Origin: Phycisphaerae bacterium
GTDB taxonomy: Bacteria; Planctomycetota; Phycisphaerae; UBA1845; Fen-1342
DNA: 64,000 nt
Reading direction: 5' to 3'
Assembly (NCBI GenBank): GCA_963675745.2
Contig: CAXXWX010000026.1
Location: 576,001 to 640,000 of the forward strand
Shown: positions 47,852-57,771 of the stretch, one piece after another
How positions within the stretch are numbered: the stretch's first letter is position 1
Layout: each line of letters starts with the position of its first letter
Notes under the pieces: model-generated
Told to the model about the DNA's origin: nothing
Databases searched by the model: none
Seen by the model: the letters and a program-made list of their open reading frames with translations, nothing else
Made by a program: the position numbers and the translations under genes

Positions 47852-50800
47852 CTAGTTCGACAGCAGTTGCACAAATGCGTCTATGTCGCCGTTGTTGACC
47901 AGGCTGTCCTGGTTGACGTCGGCAAGCAAGCGGCTGCACTGCGGATAGTCGATGGCGTACTGCGCCGGATCGGTCAGAGCCAGCACAAACGGATCGATAT
48001 CGCCGTTGTTGATCAGGCCGTCGCAGTTCAGGTCGCCGAGCAAGCCTTCACATTCGTCGGGGATTCCGTTCACATTGGCGTCGAGGCTGGTGCCATCGGT
48101 GATGTCGCAATCGTCGGCACGCCCGTTGAGGTTGCAATCAACCTCACAGTCGTCAGGGGTGCCGTTGCCGTTGCAATCTCCCAGGTTTCGACTCTCGGGC
48201 CCGGTAAGTGTCATAGTAAACGTCCCCGTAGCGCCTGCGCCGCCGGCGATGCGGATCAGATAGCTGGTTCCCCCGGTGACGTCCATCGTGATCAGCGACT
48301 GCGTACCACAAATGTCGTCGTTGCACGCCAACTGGTTGATGGGGGTTCCGGGACAGCCGCCATGCACTGACAGCACGGTGTCATATCCAATCGTGGCACA
48401 CAGCGAGATCGTGAGGCTGCCATCGACGGCCGGCGTGTAGCGATACCAGACGTCCGCTGCATCGGTGGTCGCGTCGCAACCGACATAGCCGTCGTTGGTC
48501 GCGCCCACGGTGGTATCGACGTAGGTGATGCCGGTGGTCAACGGCTTGGCGGTCGCGCACGTATCACTGGCGGTGGAAACCGCGGGGTCGAGTATTTCAC
48601 ACTCGTCCGGCACGCCGTTGGGCTGGCAGTCGTCGCTGGTCTCGCTCGAGATGTCGCAATCGTCCGGCACACCGTTGCCGTTGCAGTCGGGGGTTCCGCC
48701 GAAGGTGATATCGCACTCGTCGGGCACACCATTGCCGTTGCAATCGGGCTCGCACTCGTCCGGGATCCCGTTAGCGTTGCAGTCCTGGCTGTAGCCGCCG
48801 GCGATGTCGCAGATGTCCTGGATGCTGTTGTTATTACAGTCTGCCTGCGACTCACACCGGTCGAGAATGCCGTTGCCGTTGCAGTCGTTGGCCGTGCCGC
48901 AACCGGGCACGTCGCAGGCCCCCCCCGCCGGGCCGCAGTCGAGGTCGCAGCGATCGGGAATGCCGTTTTCATCGCAGTCGGTGCCGTCGAAGAGCAGGGC
49001 CGCCACGTACGTGCCCCACACATCGGTCGAGTGTCCATACTCCTGCATCGTGTAGAAGGTCCATTCGTCGACCGGGTCGAGGGTTGTGTAGCTGTAATCG
49101 CCCCACCGGTTGCGCCCGTAGCCATCGATGATGTTGTGCGGCCCGGTGCCCGCCTTATACATCACCGGATCGGCCATCTCCCCCGGCGGGTCACCGGCTA
49201 ACCTGCCGGCGTAGTAGCAGGCGGCATACTGGCTCGAATTCGAGCCGGTGAAGCCCATCGCCACATCGCCTTCAGCGTTGACCATTATGGACGGGAAGAA
49301 GAAGTACAGAGAGCTGTCCAAAACGGTCCCGGACTGGATGTTCGACTTTGTCACCGGGTCAATCTCGTACCAGCGGGCCGCCGCCCCGGCTCCACCGGCG
49401 ATGGTGTGCGAGGTCCATATCGACCCATCGCGATAGACAGCCATCATCAGGCGCGTACCGACCGTGTCCAGGGGCGTCGAGCTGCCCAGCGCCGGCGCGT
49501 CGGGCGGCCCGGCATAGCCGGGAACCGAGACTGTGCCCAGACTCGTGATTGTCGGGCTGGTGAGCGGTGGATTGACGCGCCACAGCCGCAGTGTGGTACT
49601 GCCACTGGTGCTGATGATGTATTCGCCGGCCGGGTTGCCGTATGTATGCGCCGGTTGCATCGCCCCGTAGAAGCTGTAGCCACGAAAAGCGGTGACCGTG
49701 CCGAGGCTGGGCGAAGCTGCAATCAACGGCGCCTTGTCCACCGCGAATACGCTCATGCCCGTGTTGACCATGTACGCGCTGGTATAGATGCCGTTGGCGT
49801 CCACGCCCAGCGTGGGGTAGTCGGGCCATGAGCCGGTATCACTGCCCTGCGACACATTGAAATTGGTCTTGAACCAGCTCCCCGTCGGGTCGTCGGTCGT
49901 GGAGACCGCCAAGTAGATGCGGTTGCTGAAGTTCGTCGAGAGCACGATCCAGCGACCGCTGTGTTGGTCAAACAGCACGCGCGAGTCGCCACTCGTGCCC
50001 GGCATGAACGAGCTGAGTGCAACGCTCGAAAGCTGTGCGCCGGTGGCCTTGCTGTAGATCGCGAAAGTCGTGTTAACCGCCACGACGAAGTGGTTCGGGC
50101 CGATCGCGCCAATCGTATCGGGCGGAGCGCTCCATTGCCCCGCGTCGCCGCGCTTGACGGTCTGGAACGTCGTCACCAGGTCCGGCAGTGTGCCCAGACC
50201 GCGCGTCGGCATGCCCGCGCCGCCCGGAGCGCCGGAGGGCTCCTGGTAGCCGGGCGGAACCTGCGGACCGTGGACGATACCGCTCGGCTCGAAGTCGCCG
50301 CGGCCCATCTCCCACACCAGGTCAGCGTAACCCGACCCGGTGATCTTGGCGCCGTAATCCTGGTCGTCGAATCCGACGACGATCTCCTCGGACTCGTTGT
50401 CAACCAGCGTGTAGGTCAGGTCATCAATGCCGTACCAACCTCCGCCGTTAACCACCGGCACCGAGTTGATCTCGATGCGGTCAACGTGCCTGAGGTCCAT
50501 CTGAAACCAGCGCGGCTCAGCACCGACCTCCTGAAACCAGTCCGTCTCGGCGACAAGTTCGCCATTCCGGTAGCCCTTGACCTGCACGGCGGGAGCCCAG
50601 ACGCCCTCGCCCGCCTGGCCCACGAAGTATGCCCCGGCCACATTGACGATCTCGGGGAAGCCAATCCCCATGCGCGTGTCGCCGAATTCGTTGACGGCGT
50701 AGTGCTCCCCGGAGTGCGCCGTGCCGGTGGCGCCGCGAGACGGGATAACCCAGCGACCGTTGCGATCGCCACGTTCCTTGCCGCTTTCGCGTGGCGGCGC

Positions 50801-50978
50801 GAGGCGATCACGATCGATCACGGCCTGCATCGTCTCCACGTACGACTCACCGAATGCCCGATGGATCGATCTTCTCGCCGGCGACGGTCTTGCCGTCAGC
50901 CGGCTCCGCCGCCCCACACAGCCCTGTTCCCAACAGCACTACCAGCCCAATCGCGATGGCTAACCCGTTTCGCCGCAT
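47852..50978 (-). CDS. Paralog of 42580 with extra DCN repeats and a PPC-like beta-sandwich domain; frameshift at about 50857
   Basis: Signal peptide MRRNGLAIAIGLVVLL in ORF 50847; removing one G gives GEKIDPSAFGESY matching GEKLDPATYGDSY; DVWYRYTP...DTVLSV...ACNDD module; dockerin-like tail. Confidence 0.85.
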
Positions 50979-51177
50979 GCCGCCCTCACTTGAATAGTGG
51001 TATAGAAAAAAAACGGAGCCCGTCGCTGCGCGCGGACTTCTTCTGACTTCATAATAGTCGGCCGAACGTGTCAAAGCAGTCAGAAACGCGTGGGCGATCG
51101 AAATAAGCGCGCCGGGCTGGACGGTTATAGGACGTCAGCGACTCGCGCTGCCCCTGCGGAAACACCGTGCCCGTTGC

Positions 51178-53243
51178 TCACGTGTGCTGACTGGGCCCCG
51201 TGCCGCTCTCAACGCTGATTCGCGGCGCTGGCCCGTGGATCGCCGCATCATATGGATTCGCGTCTCCAGCCGATCCCCGCCGGCGGCACATGCGTGTAGG
51301 AGTATGGCGCGCGCTTGGATTGGCCGCCATGCACTACCAGCCCGGTCAGGATCATCGGCATCAGCCATACCCAGTTCGTGGCGGCCCCGTACCAGCTCGT
51401 GAGCAAGACCGCGCTCCCCACCAGCATCAGCCCGCCGACCAGGTTCCAGCGCCGACGCTTTCCGGCGAACAGAGTCAGCGCAATCGCCAGCAGCGTCAGC
51501 GCAACGACAGCAAGCTTCGCGCCGCGCCGGACCCAGGTCCAGAACTCACTCGTGGCCTCGCCGTCCGCGCTCCACAGACTCCACGAACCGAGGACTCGCT
51601 GCGGGGGCTCGGCGCTTGGAAGCCAGGTTGCTTCGGCAACGGTCCGCAGGTGCGACCAGAAGCGCATGGTCGGGCTGCACTGTGCGATGGCGGATTGGTA
51701 CACCTGTGTGAGGCGCGTGCGCGCCTCACCCTCGGCGACGATCTGGCACCATGTAACCGAGTTGAGGTCTGTGCCGTTGGGCACGATGCTCTCATGGGCC
51801 ACGTCACCCCAGCGACGTGCCGTCACGATTGAGCAGAAAACGCCACAGCAGCCGCTTGGGCGCGAAGCCACCCTCGGCGGTATCGCCAGCCGCCTCGGTG
51901 TGCTCAAACAGCATCCCACCATCGGCGGTGAGCTGGACCTTGTGAGCCGGCGTCAACCCCGCGGCGCCAATCGAGCCGTCCACGCGTGGCAAGGCCGGTG
52001 AAACCAGGGCGATTACGCCGGCCACACACGCCGCCGCGCCGACGGTTGTGCCAACGACAGCACCCAGCGCCTGCCAGCCACGCCGTAACAGGTAGGCCAG
52101 CATGACCGCGGCGAGCAGCCATGCCCATGGCCACGCCACCCCCGCCAGCACGATGCAGACCATTGCCAGCAGTCCACCCAAGCCGCTGAGCAGTGCGAAC
52201 GCCAGGCTCCAGGCCACGAGTACGGCGGGCAACATGATCTCCGGTTGGCCAAAGCACTCGCCGGCCCCGGGGAACACGCACAGCAGCGCCACGAGCCCGG
52301 CGCCGGCCCCGGAAGAATGCGCCCGCGCGCCGATCAGCCACACCGCCACCAAGAGCGCCACCAGCAGCGTTCCGTTGACGGTCAGCGCCACCCACCGTCC
52401 CACATTCTCATTCTCGTCGAGAAACCCATCTGCCAGTTGGTCCGGGTCCACATCCAGGATCGACCGACCTGAGAGCGACACAAACTCAATAGCGCGAATC
52501 GCCCCGCCATGGACGAGGTAGAGCAACGGCGACTGTGAGCCGGCGCCGGGGACGACGCCATGCGGGAGCTTTCCAGTCCGCGCCAGATGTGCGCCGCCGA
52601 CAATGCCATCACGTGACGCGACGCTGACAGGGGTGCGCAGCAAGTCGTCGGCGGCCACAAATACGCCGGCGATCATCAGGACGACAAAGGCCGACCCCGC
52701 CAGGTTCACCGGCCGCCTGGGTACGGAGTTGATGACCAGCAGCACCAGGCCGCGGAACAGCCAGTACACCGCCACCACAGCCAGTCCCAGGTGAATCCAG
52801 GACAACACGGGCGCGGCGGCCTGTGAACGCCAGAACAGAAGTACACAGGTTGTCGCCAATATCACGCCATCGAGATTCCGCACAGACCCTAGCGGGCGGA
52901 GCCGCAACGTCAGCAACAGGATCACGACGACGGCGAACCAGGTCTTCACACCCGGCGCCATGTGCGGCACCAGATCCAGCAGGATCTCACCGACCGGCGT
53001 GAGCGGACAGCGCCCATCCGGGCACTCCGCCCCCGCGGCCAGCTTTTCGTCTATCAGCTCGGCGGGCATCCAACGCGTGTCGCGCCCGGTAAGCTCGTCC
53101 AACGTTGGCGCGGCGCCGGTGGCCCCGGCCGGTTGCTCGGCTATGCGCCCCGTATCAGTGGCTTGCATCGATGCCGAGACGTCCGCGACGGGCAGCAATC
53201 CGGCCACCAGCAGCAAGACACGCATCAAACTCATCGGCGTCAT
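51178..53243 (-). CDS. Multi-pass membrane protein, possibly GT87/GT-C-like; frameshift at about 51807 and probably about 51275
   Basis: Many TM helices; G.LPHG....SPLLYL motif; removing one G at 51807-51810 joins ORFs 51804 and 51248. The 3' end is uncertain. Confidence 0.55.
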
Positions 53244-53646
53244 CCAGATTCTCTCGGAAACGGCTTACTCACATCAGGCGGCGCGATATCGAAGTCATCA
53301 TCGTATCGCCTGGGCCGCGCTTGTCACGCGCCGCTTAGACACGGGCTCCGCATTGGGTTTATATGCGCCGGGTGCCCGCGTAGATGCACCAGCACTCTAT
53401 CGGCACATCAGACCCGCGAGCAACCCGAGCACCGGACGTATTCGGATATGACGCGTGATTGTTTGCCGCAAAGGAGTCCGGCAGCGCGAAATCAGACCCG
53501 CCCCATCTACGAACGAGCGCAGCCCCACGGCCAACGAGCACCGGCGGGCTCGTGGCGATGAGGCCTTTCTCGGCGTTGGATCGCATTAGTCACATCTTGT
53601 CGGTTCGGTATGGCGGCCCCAGACTCGATGGATCACTCCGCGCCGA

Positions 53647-53707
53647 CGGCCTGCGAGGCGCAGGCCGCTACACACGCGCAGGCCGCTACACGCGCAGGCC
53701 GCTGCGC
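53647..53707 (-). repeat. GTAG-family REP-like element plus tandem partial copies
   Basis: Minus strand GTAG-CGGCCTGCG-CCT-CGCAGGCCG (53671-53647); gcgcaggccgct occurs three times. Confidence 0.65.
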
Positions 53708-53807
53708 GCGGGTGCCCCACCTCTTGAGGTGGGGATCCCGACTGATCGGAACGCGCGTATGACCCGCGACTCCACGGCCAACGAGGGCGTTGGCCGCTAC
53801 TTGGCAG

Positions 53808-55495
53808 TTACGCTTTTGTGACGCGCAACACCTCTTCCACAGTGGTAACGCCCTGCCGCGCCAGCAGCCAGCCTTCAGTTCACGCAACAGGCGCATACCG
53901 TCGCGCCGAGCGATCGGCTGGAGCTGCGATGCGGACTGCCGTTGCACGACGCGTTCGCGCAGCTCGTCGCTCATCAGGAACAGCTCGAACATCGCCTGCC
54001 GGCCGCTGTAGCCCGTTTCGCGACAACCCTTGCAGCCCGCCACGTGCACCAGTTTCTCGCCGCGCTTGTAACCCATATCCTCGGGCAGCGCATTCGGGTG
54101 GTCCGGCACGCGCTGCTCGGCGCAGAACTTGCACGCCCGCCGTACCAGCCGCTGGGCCAGCACACACTCGATCGAGCTGGCCACCAGGAACGGCTCGACC
54201 CCCATGTCCAGCAGGCGGGTTGTCGCCGAGACGGCGTCATTGGTGTGCAGGGTGCTGAATACCAGGTGACCGGTCAATGACGCGTTGATGGCCACCTGTG
54301 CCGTCTCGAGGTCGCGAATTTCGCCGACGAGGATCACGTCGGGGTCATGCCGCAGGAAGGAGCGTAGCGCCGAGGCGAAGGTTAGTCCGATCCGCGGCGC
54401 GACTTGTACCTGGTTAATGCCCTCGAAGTTGTACTCGACCGGGTCTTCGACGGTCAGGATTTTGAGCGTTTCACTGACGATTGTGTTGAGGGCCGCGTAT
54501 AGCGTCGTGGTCTTGCCGGACCCAGTCGGTCCGGTGACGAGGACAATGCCGTTCGGTTGCCGGATGACCCGATCGAAGTCCTTGAATGTGTCCGCCTGCA
54601 TCCCCAGGCTTTCCAGCGTCATGCGGATGGCGGTCTTGTCCAGAATTCGCAATACCGCACCTTCGCCGAACGTCATCGGCAGGATGCTCACACGCAGGTC
54701 GATCTCGCGGCCCTTGGCCTTGATCTTGAACCCGCCGTCCTGGGGCAGGCGTTTTTCGGCGATGTTCAGGCCGGAGAGGATCTTCACGCGGCTGATGACG
54801 GCGTTCTGGAAGCGACGGATTCCGGGCGGCACGTTGGCGTTGCAGAGCATGCCGTCAACGCGATAGCGGACGCAGAAGTCGGTCTCGAACGGCTCAAAGT
54901 GAATATCGCTGGCCCGCTCGTTGAGCGCCTCCATGAGAATCTCGTTGACCAGCTTGATAACCGAGGCTTCCTGGGCGAGCTGGACGTCAAGATCGGTCGA
55001 GTCGACGTGCTCTTCGTCGATGACCTCGAGCCCGTCATCGGCCGTGTCCAGCACCATCTCGTTGATTACGTCGCCACCGACGCCGTAGAACGCCTTGATC
55101 AGCGCGTTTATCTCGGTGCTGGTCGCAAGAACCGGCTCGACGGGGATGTCGATGACGGTCTGGACGTCGTCGAGCGCGTACATGTTGTACGGGTCGGACG
55201 TGGCCACGCGTATCCCGCGGCCGTTGCGCGCCACCGGCATCAGCCCATACTTGTGAACGAGCCGGCTGGGCACTACGCCGAGCAGGTCGCGGTCGATATC
55301 GTCCTCGTTCAACGCGATCAGCGGGATGGCGAATTGCTCGCTGAGCACTTTGAGCACATCGTGCTCGCTGACGAGCCCCTTGCGGATCAGCACATGGTCG
55401 ATCCGTTCGGCCGCTGAGCTGCGCGCGGCGACGGCCTCATCGAGCTGCTCCTGCGAGATGAGGCCCTTGGCGATAAGTGCTTTTCCGACAGGCAT
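53808..55495 (-). CDS. GspE/PilB family secretion/pilus assembly ATPase; frameshift near the C-terminus (about 53878)
   Basis: MshEN-like N-terminus (VGKALIAKGLISQEQLDEA), ASDIHFEP, EKRLPQDG, GPTGSGKTTT, EDPVEY, DPDVILVGEIRD, STLHTND; the alternative frame gives the expected EGW..ARQGVTTVEEVLRVT* ending at 53808. Confidence 0.9.
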
Positions 55496-55683
55496 TTGTA
55501 TCGCGTCCTCTTCGTGCCGCCCTCTTGGGCCGGGCCATCAAACGGCGCACGTTCCCCCAGCCGGCTTATACACACCGGCTGAGCCCCGGTTGCAGCCCAA
55601 CATTGTAAGCCGAAGCGCCCCAGACGCCAGACCACCCCCAGCCAACACAGCGGCCAAAGCCCCCTCACCCCTATGGCTGTTTC

Positions 55684-55805
55684 TGTGCCGTTGTTGCTTG
55701 GTTGCCTTGTTGCCTGGTTGCCTCGTTGCCTTGTTGCCTCTGTTGCCTCTGCCCCCTCGTGGCCTAAGGCCTATGGCCTCGTGGCCTCTTTCCCCTCGTG
55801 GCCTT
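55684..55805. repeat. Low-complexity 8-mer tandem repeats (ttgcctng, then tggcct..)
   Basis: ttgcttggttgccttgttgcctggttgcctcgttgccttgttgcctctgttgcctc followed by tggcctaaggcctatggcctcgtggcctc. Confidence 0.8.
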
Positions 55806-55927
55806 TTTCCCCCTCCCCCCCGTTAACCCGCGCGCCAAACGACGTTCGCCAACAGTGTGCAAGACAACAGGCACGAGGAAGCTGGCACAGCGAACGGTTC
55901 GGGACAGTCTGACAGGAGAGATATGAC

Positions 55928-57487
55928 ATGTATCGAAGGAAGCGGACAGTTGCGGTGATTCTCAGTCTGGCAATGGGCTCCGTGCTCGCGCTGGCTCAGC
56001 CAGTGGATCTGCTGGAGACGATCACGCTGCCGGCGGATGATGCTGACGGCGTCTGGACCACGACCGTGCTGGACACGGGCGTAAGGTACTGGATTCGGGC
56101 AGAGGGTGTGTACACACACGCTCTGGCCGGACAGATGGCGGATGCGGAGTGGGATCAGTACGCGCCGGGCGGGGCCTGGACCGAGGCTTCGTACTCCCCT
56201 GTCGAGCATGATTTGATGCTGGATGGTGTCGAGGGAGATTGGTGGGGCTCAGCCGCAACGGGTGATCCAGCGGCGGAAATCCGCACGTACGACCCGCATT
56301 ACTTCAGCGCGGCTGCACACTCGTACTGGCGTGCGTATATCGGCGTGGGCGGTCCTATGCACCTGCAAATCCAGGACGTGGACCATTCCGACAACAGCGG
56401 CGCGCTCACCATCGAGATCTGGTCGGGGGGGCCAGGGCCAATCTACTATCCGGATGAGATTCTCGTCGCGTCCGTCGCGGAGGATGCGGTAGTCGTCGTA
56501 GAACCCGCCTCTGGCGCTCAACGTGTTCTCGCAGAGTTGACGGGCGTAGCGCCGGATTTCACGCCCACCGATGTTAGTATCGCTCGCAACAAGGACATAC
56601 TGGTTGTGGCTTTCGATCCCCACATTCCAGGCGAAAGCGACGGTGCGGTGTTTCGCGTCGACTACCTCACCGGAGCGATCACAACGGTTGTACCCCCCGG
56701 TACGGTGCTGGTGAAGCCGTTCGGGATTACGCGTGACATTGATGGGACGTTTCTCGTTACGGACCAGAATTTCTCGGTCGACTGGGGCGCGATCTATCGT
56801 GTGGATGCGGAAACTTGCAATGTCTGGGCTTACTACGCCGGACCGCCGCTGGACGATCCCGGCGGCATCACGGTGTACGCAAACGGCGATGTTTTTACGT
56901 CAGACGTCACGGCCGGGCTGGTCTGCAAATGGCCACCGTTCCCGGCGGAAGAGTGCAGCGCCCCTGATGGCGGAACGCCCTACGCCATCGATCTGCTGTC
57001 CAGCGGGGACGCCGCGGTGGCGCATTCCAGCTACGCGGGTGGATCAGTCTGCATCATACCACGCCAATCCTGGGACGGTGACAGCGGGACATGTGCAGCC
57101 GTCGTACACTCCTCGGGTGGTCTGCTCAGCTATCCCACCGGCATCGCCGTAGACCGTGCCGGCGACATGATTGTCTCGTGTTACCACAGCGCGTCGCTGG
57201 TGCGCGTCGATGCGGAGACCGGCACCCAGGAAACAATTGCCACAGGTGACCTTCTCGGCAACCCACGCGGGCTGGAAGTTGCCTACCGACGGTTCTTCGC
57301 CGGTGACTTGAATTGCGACGGACTGATCAACAACGCCGACATCGATCCTTTCGTTCTCGCGCTCACGGGGTTGCCGCAATACGCGCTGTCTTGGCCTAAC
57401 TGCAACCATGACTTGGCCGACCTAAACGGCGATGGGCTGATCAACAATGGCGATATCGATGCCTTCATAGGCGTCCTCGCGCAGTGA
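55928..57487 (+). CDS. Secreted protein: lectin-like beta-sandwich, NHL-like propeller, dockerin-like tail
   Basis: AGGAG SD; signal peptide; D..HSDNSGALTIEI; P.GI.VD..GD.IV blades; GDLNCDGLINNADID...ADLNGDGLINNGDID. Confidence 0.85.
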   Translation: MYRRKRTVAVILSLAMGSVLALAQPVDLLETITLPADDADGVWTTTVLDTGVRYWIRAEGVYTHALAGQMADAEWDQYAPGGAWTEASYSPVEHDLMLDGVEGDWWGSAATGDPAAEIRTYDPHYFSAAAHSYWRAYIGVGGPMHLQIQDVDHSDNSGALTIEIWSGGPGPIYYPDEILVASVAEDAVVVVEPASGAQRVLAELTGVAPDFTPTDVSIARNKDILVVAFDPHIPGESDGAVFRVDYLTGAITTVVPPGTVLVKPFGITRDIDGTFLVTDQNFSVDWGAIYRVDAETCNVWAYYAGPPLDDPGGITVYANGDVFTSDVTAGLVCKWPPFPAEECSAPDGGTPYAIDLLSSGDAAVAHSSYAGGSVCIIPRQSWDGDSGTCAAVVHSSGGLLSYPTGIAVDRAGDMIVSCYHSASLVRVDAETGTQETIATGDLLGNPRGLEVAYRRFFAGDLNCDGLINNADIDPFVLALTGLPQYALSWPNCNHDLADLNGDGLINNGDIDAFIGVLAQ

Positions 57488-57771
57488 GCCGCCGTGCGTG
57501 GCTGGTCGGCGGGCGTGTAGCTGGCCAGTCACTGCGATACGTACTCGCCGCGCGCGGCGCGTTGTATAGTCTTGCGTATTAGGCACGTGCGGATACCGGC
57601 CACTCGCGACGTCCCTTTCTCTCGGGTTTCGCATTCGCCCTGATTGGCGGCCCAACAAAGGTCAGAAGCATGAGTGTCGCACTTGCACAAGTGACAAGGT
57701 AGTCAATGGTGGCGAGCCTGATCGCGCTTGCCCGGTCCGAACAACGCGCGCTCGGGCCGCGTAACGTTGAG

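Noticed and set aside
53633..53807. Novel C-terminal tail (ACACVAAC) on PilB/GspE
   Set aside because: It is read-through caused by the frameshift at about 53878 into REP-like repeats; the normal ending is in another frame.
44490..53885. Programmed frameshifting or phase variation as a regulatory system
   Set aside because: The runs are only 3-5 nt, lack slippery heptamers and affect unrelated genes in one interval, which favours sequencing error.
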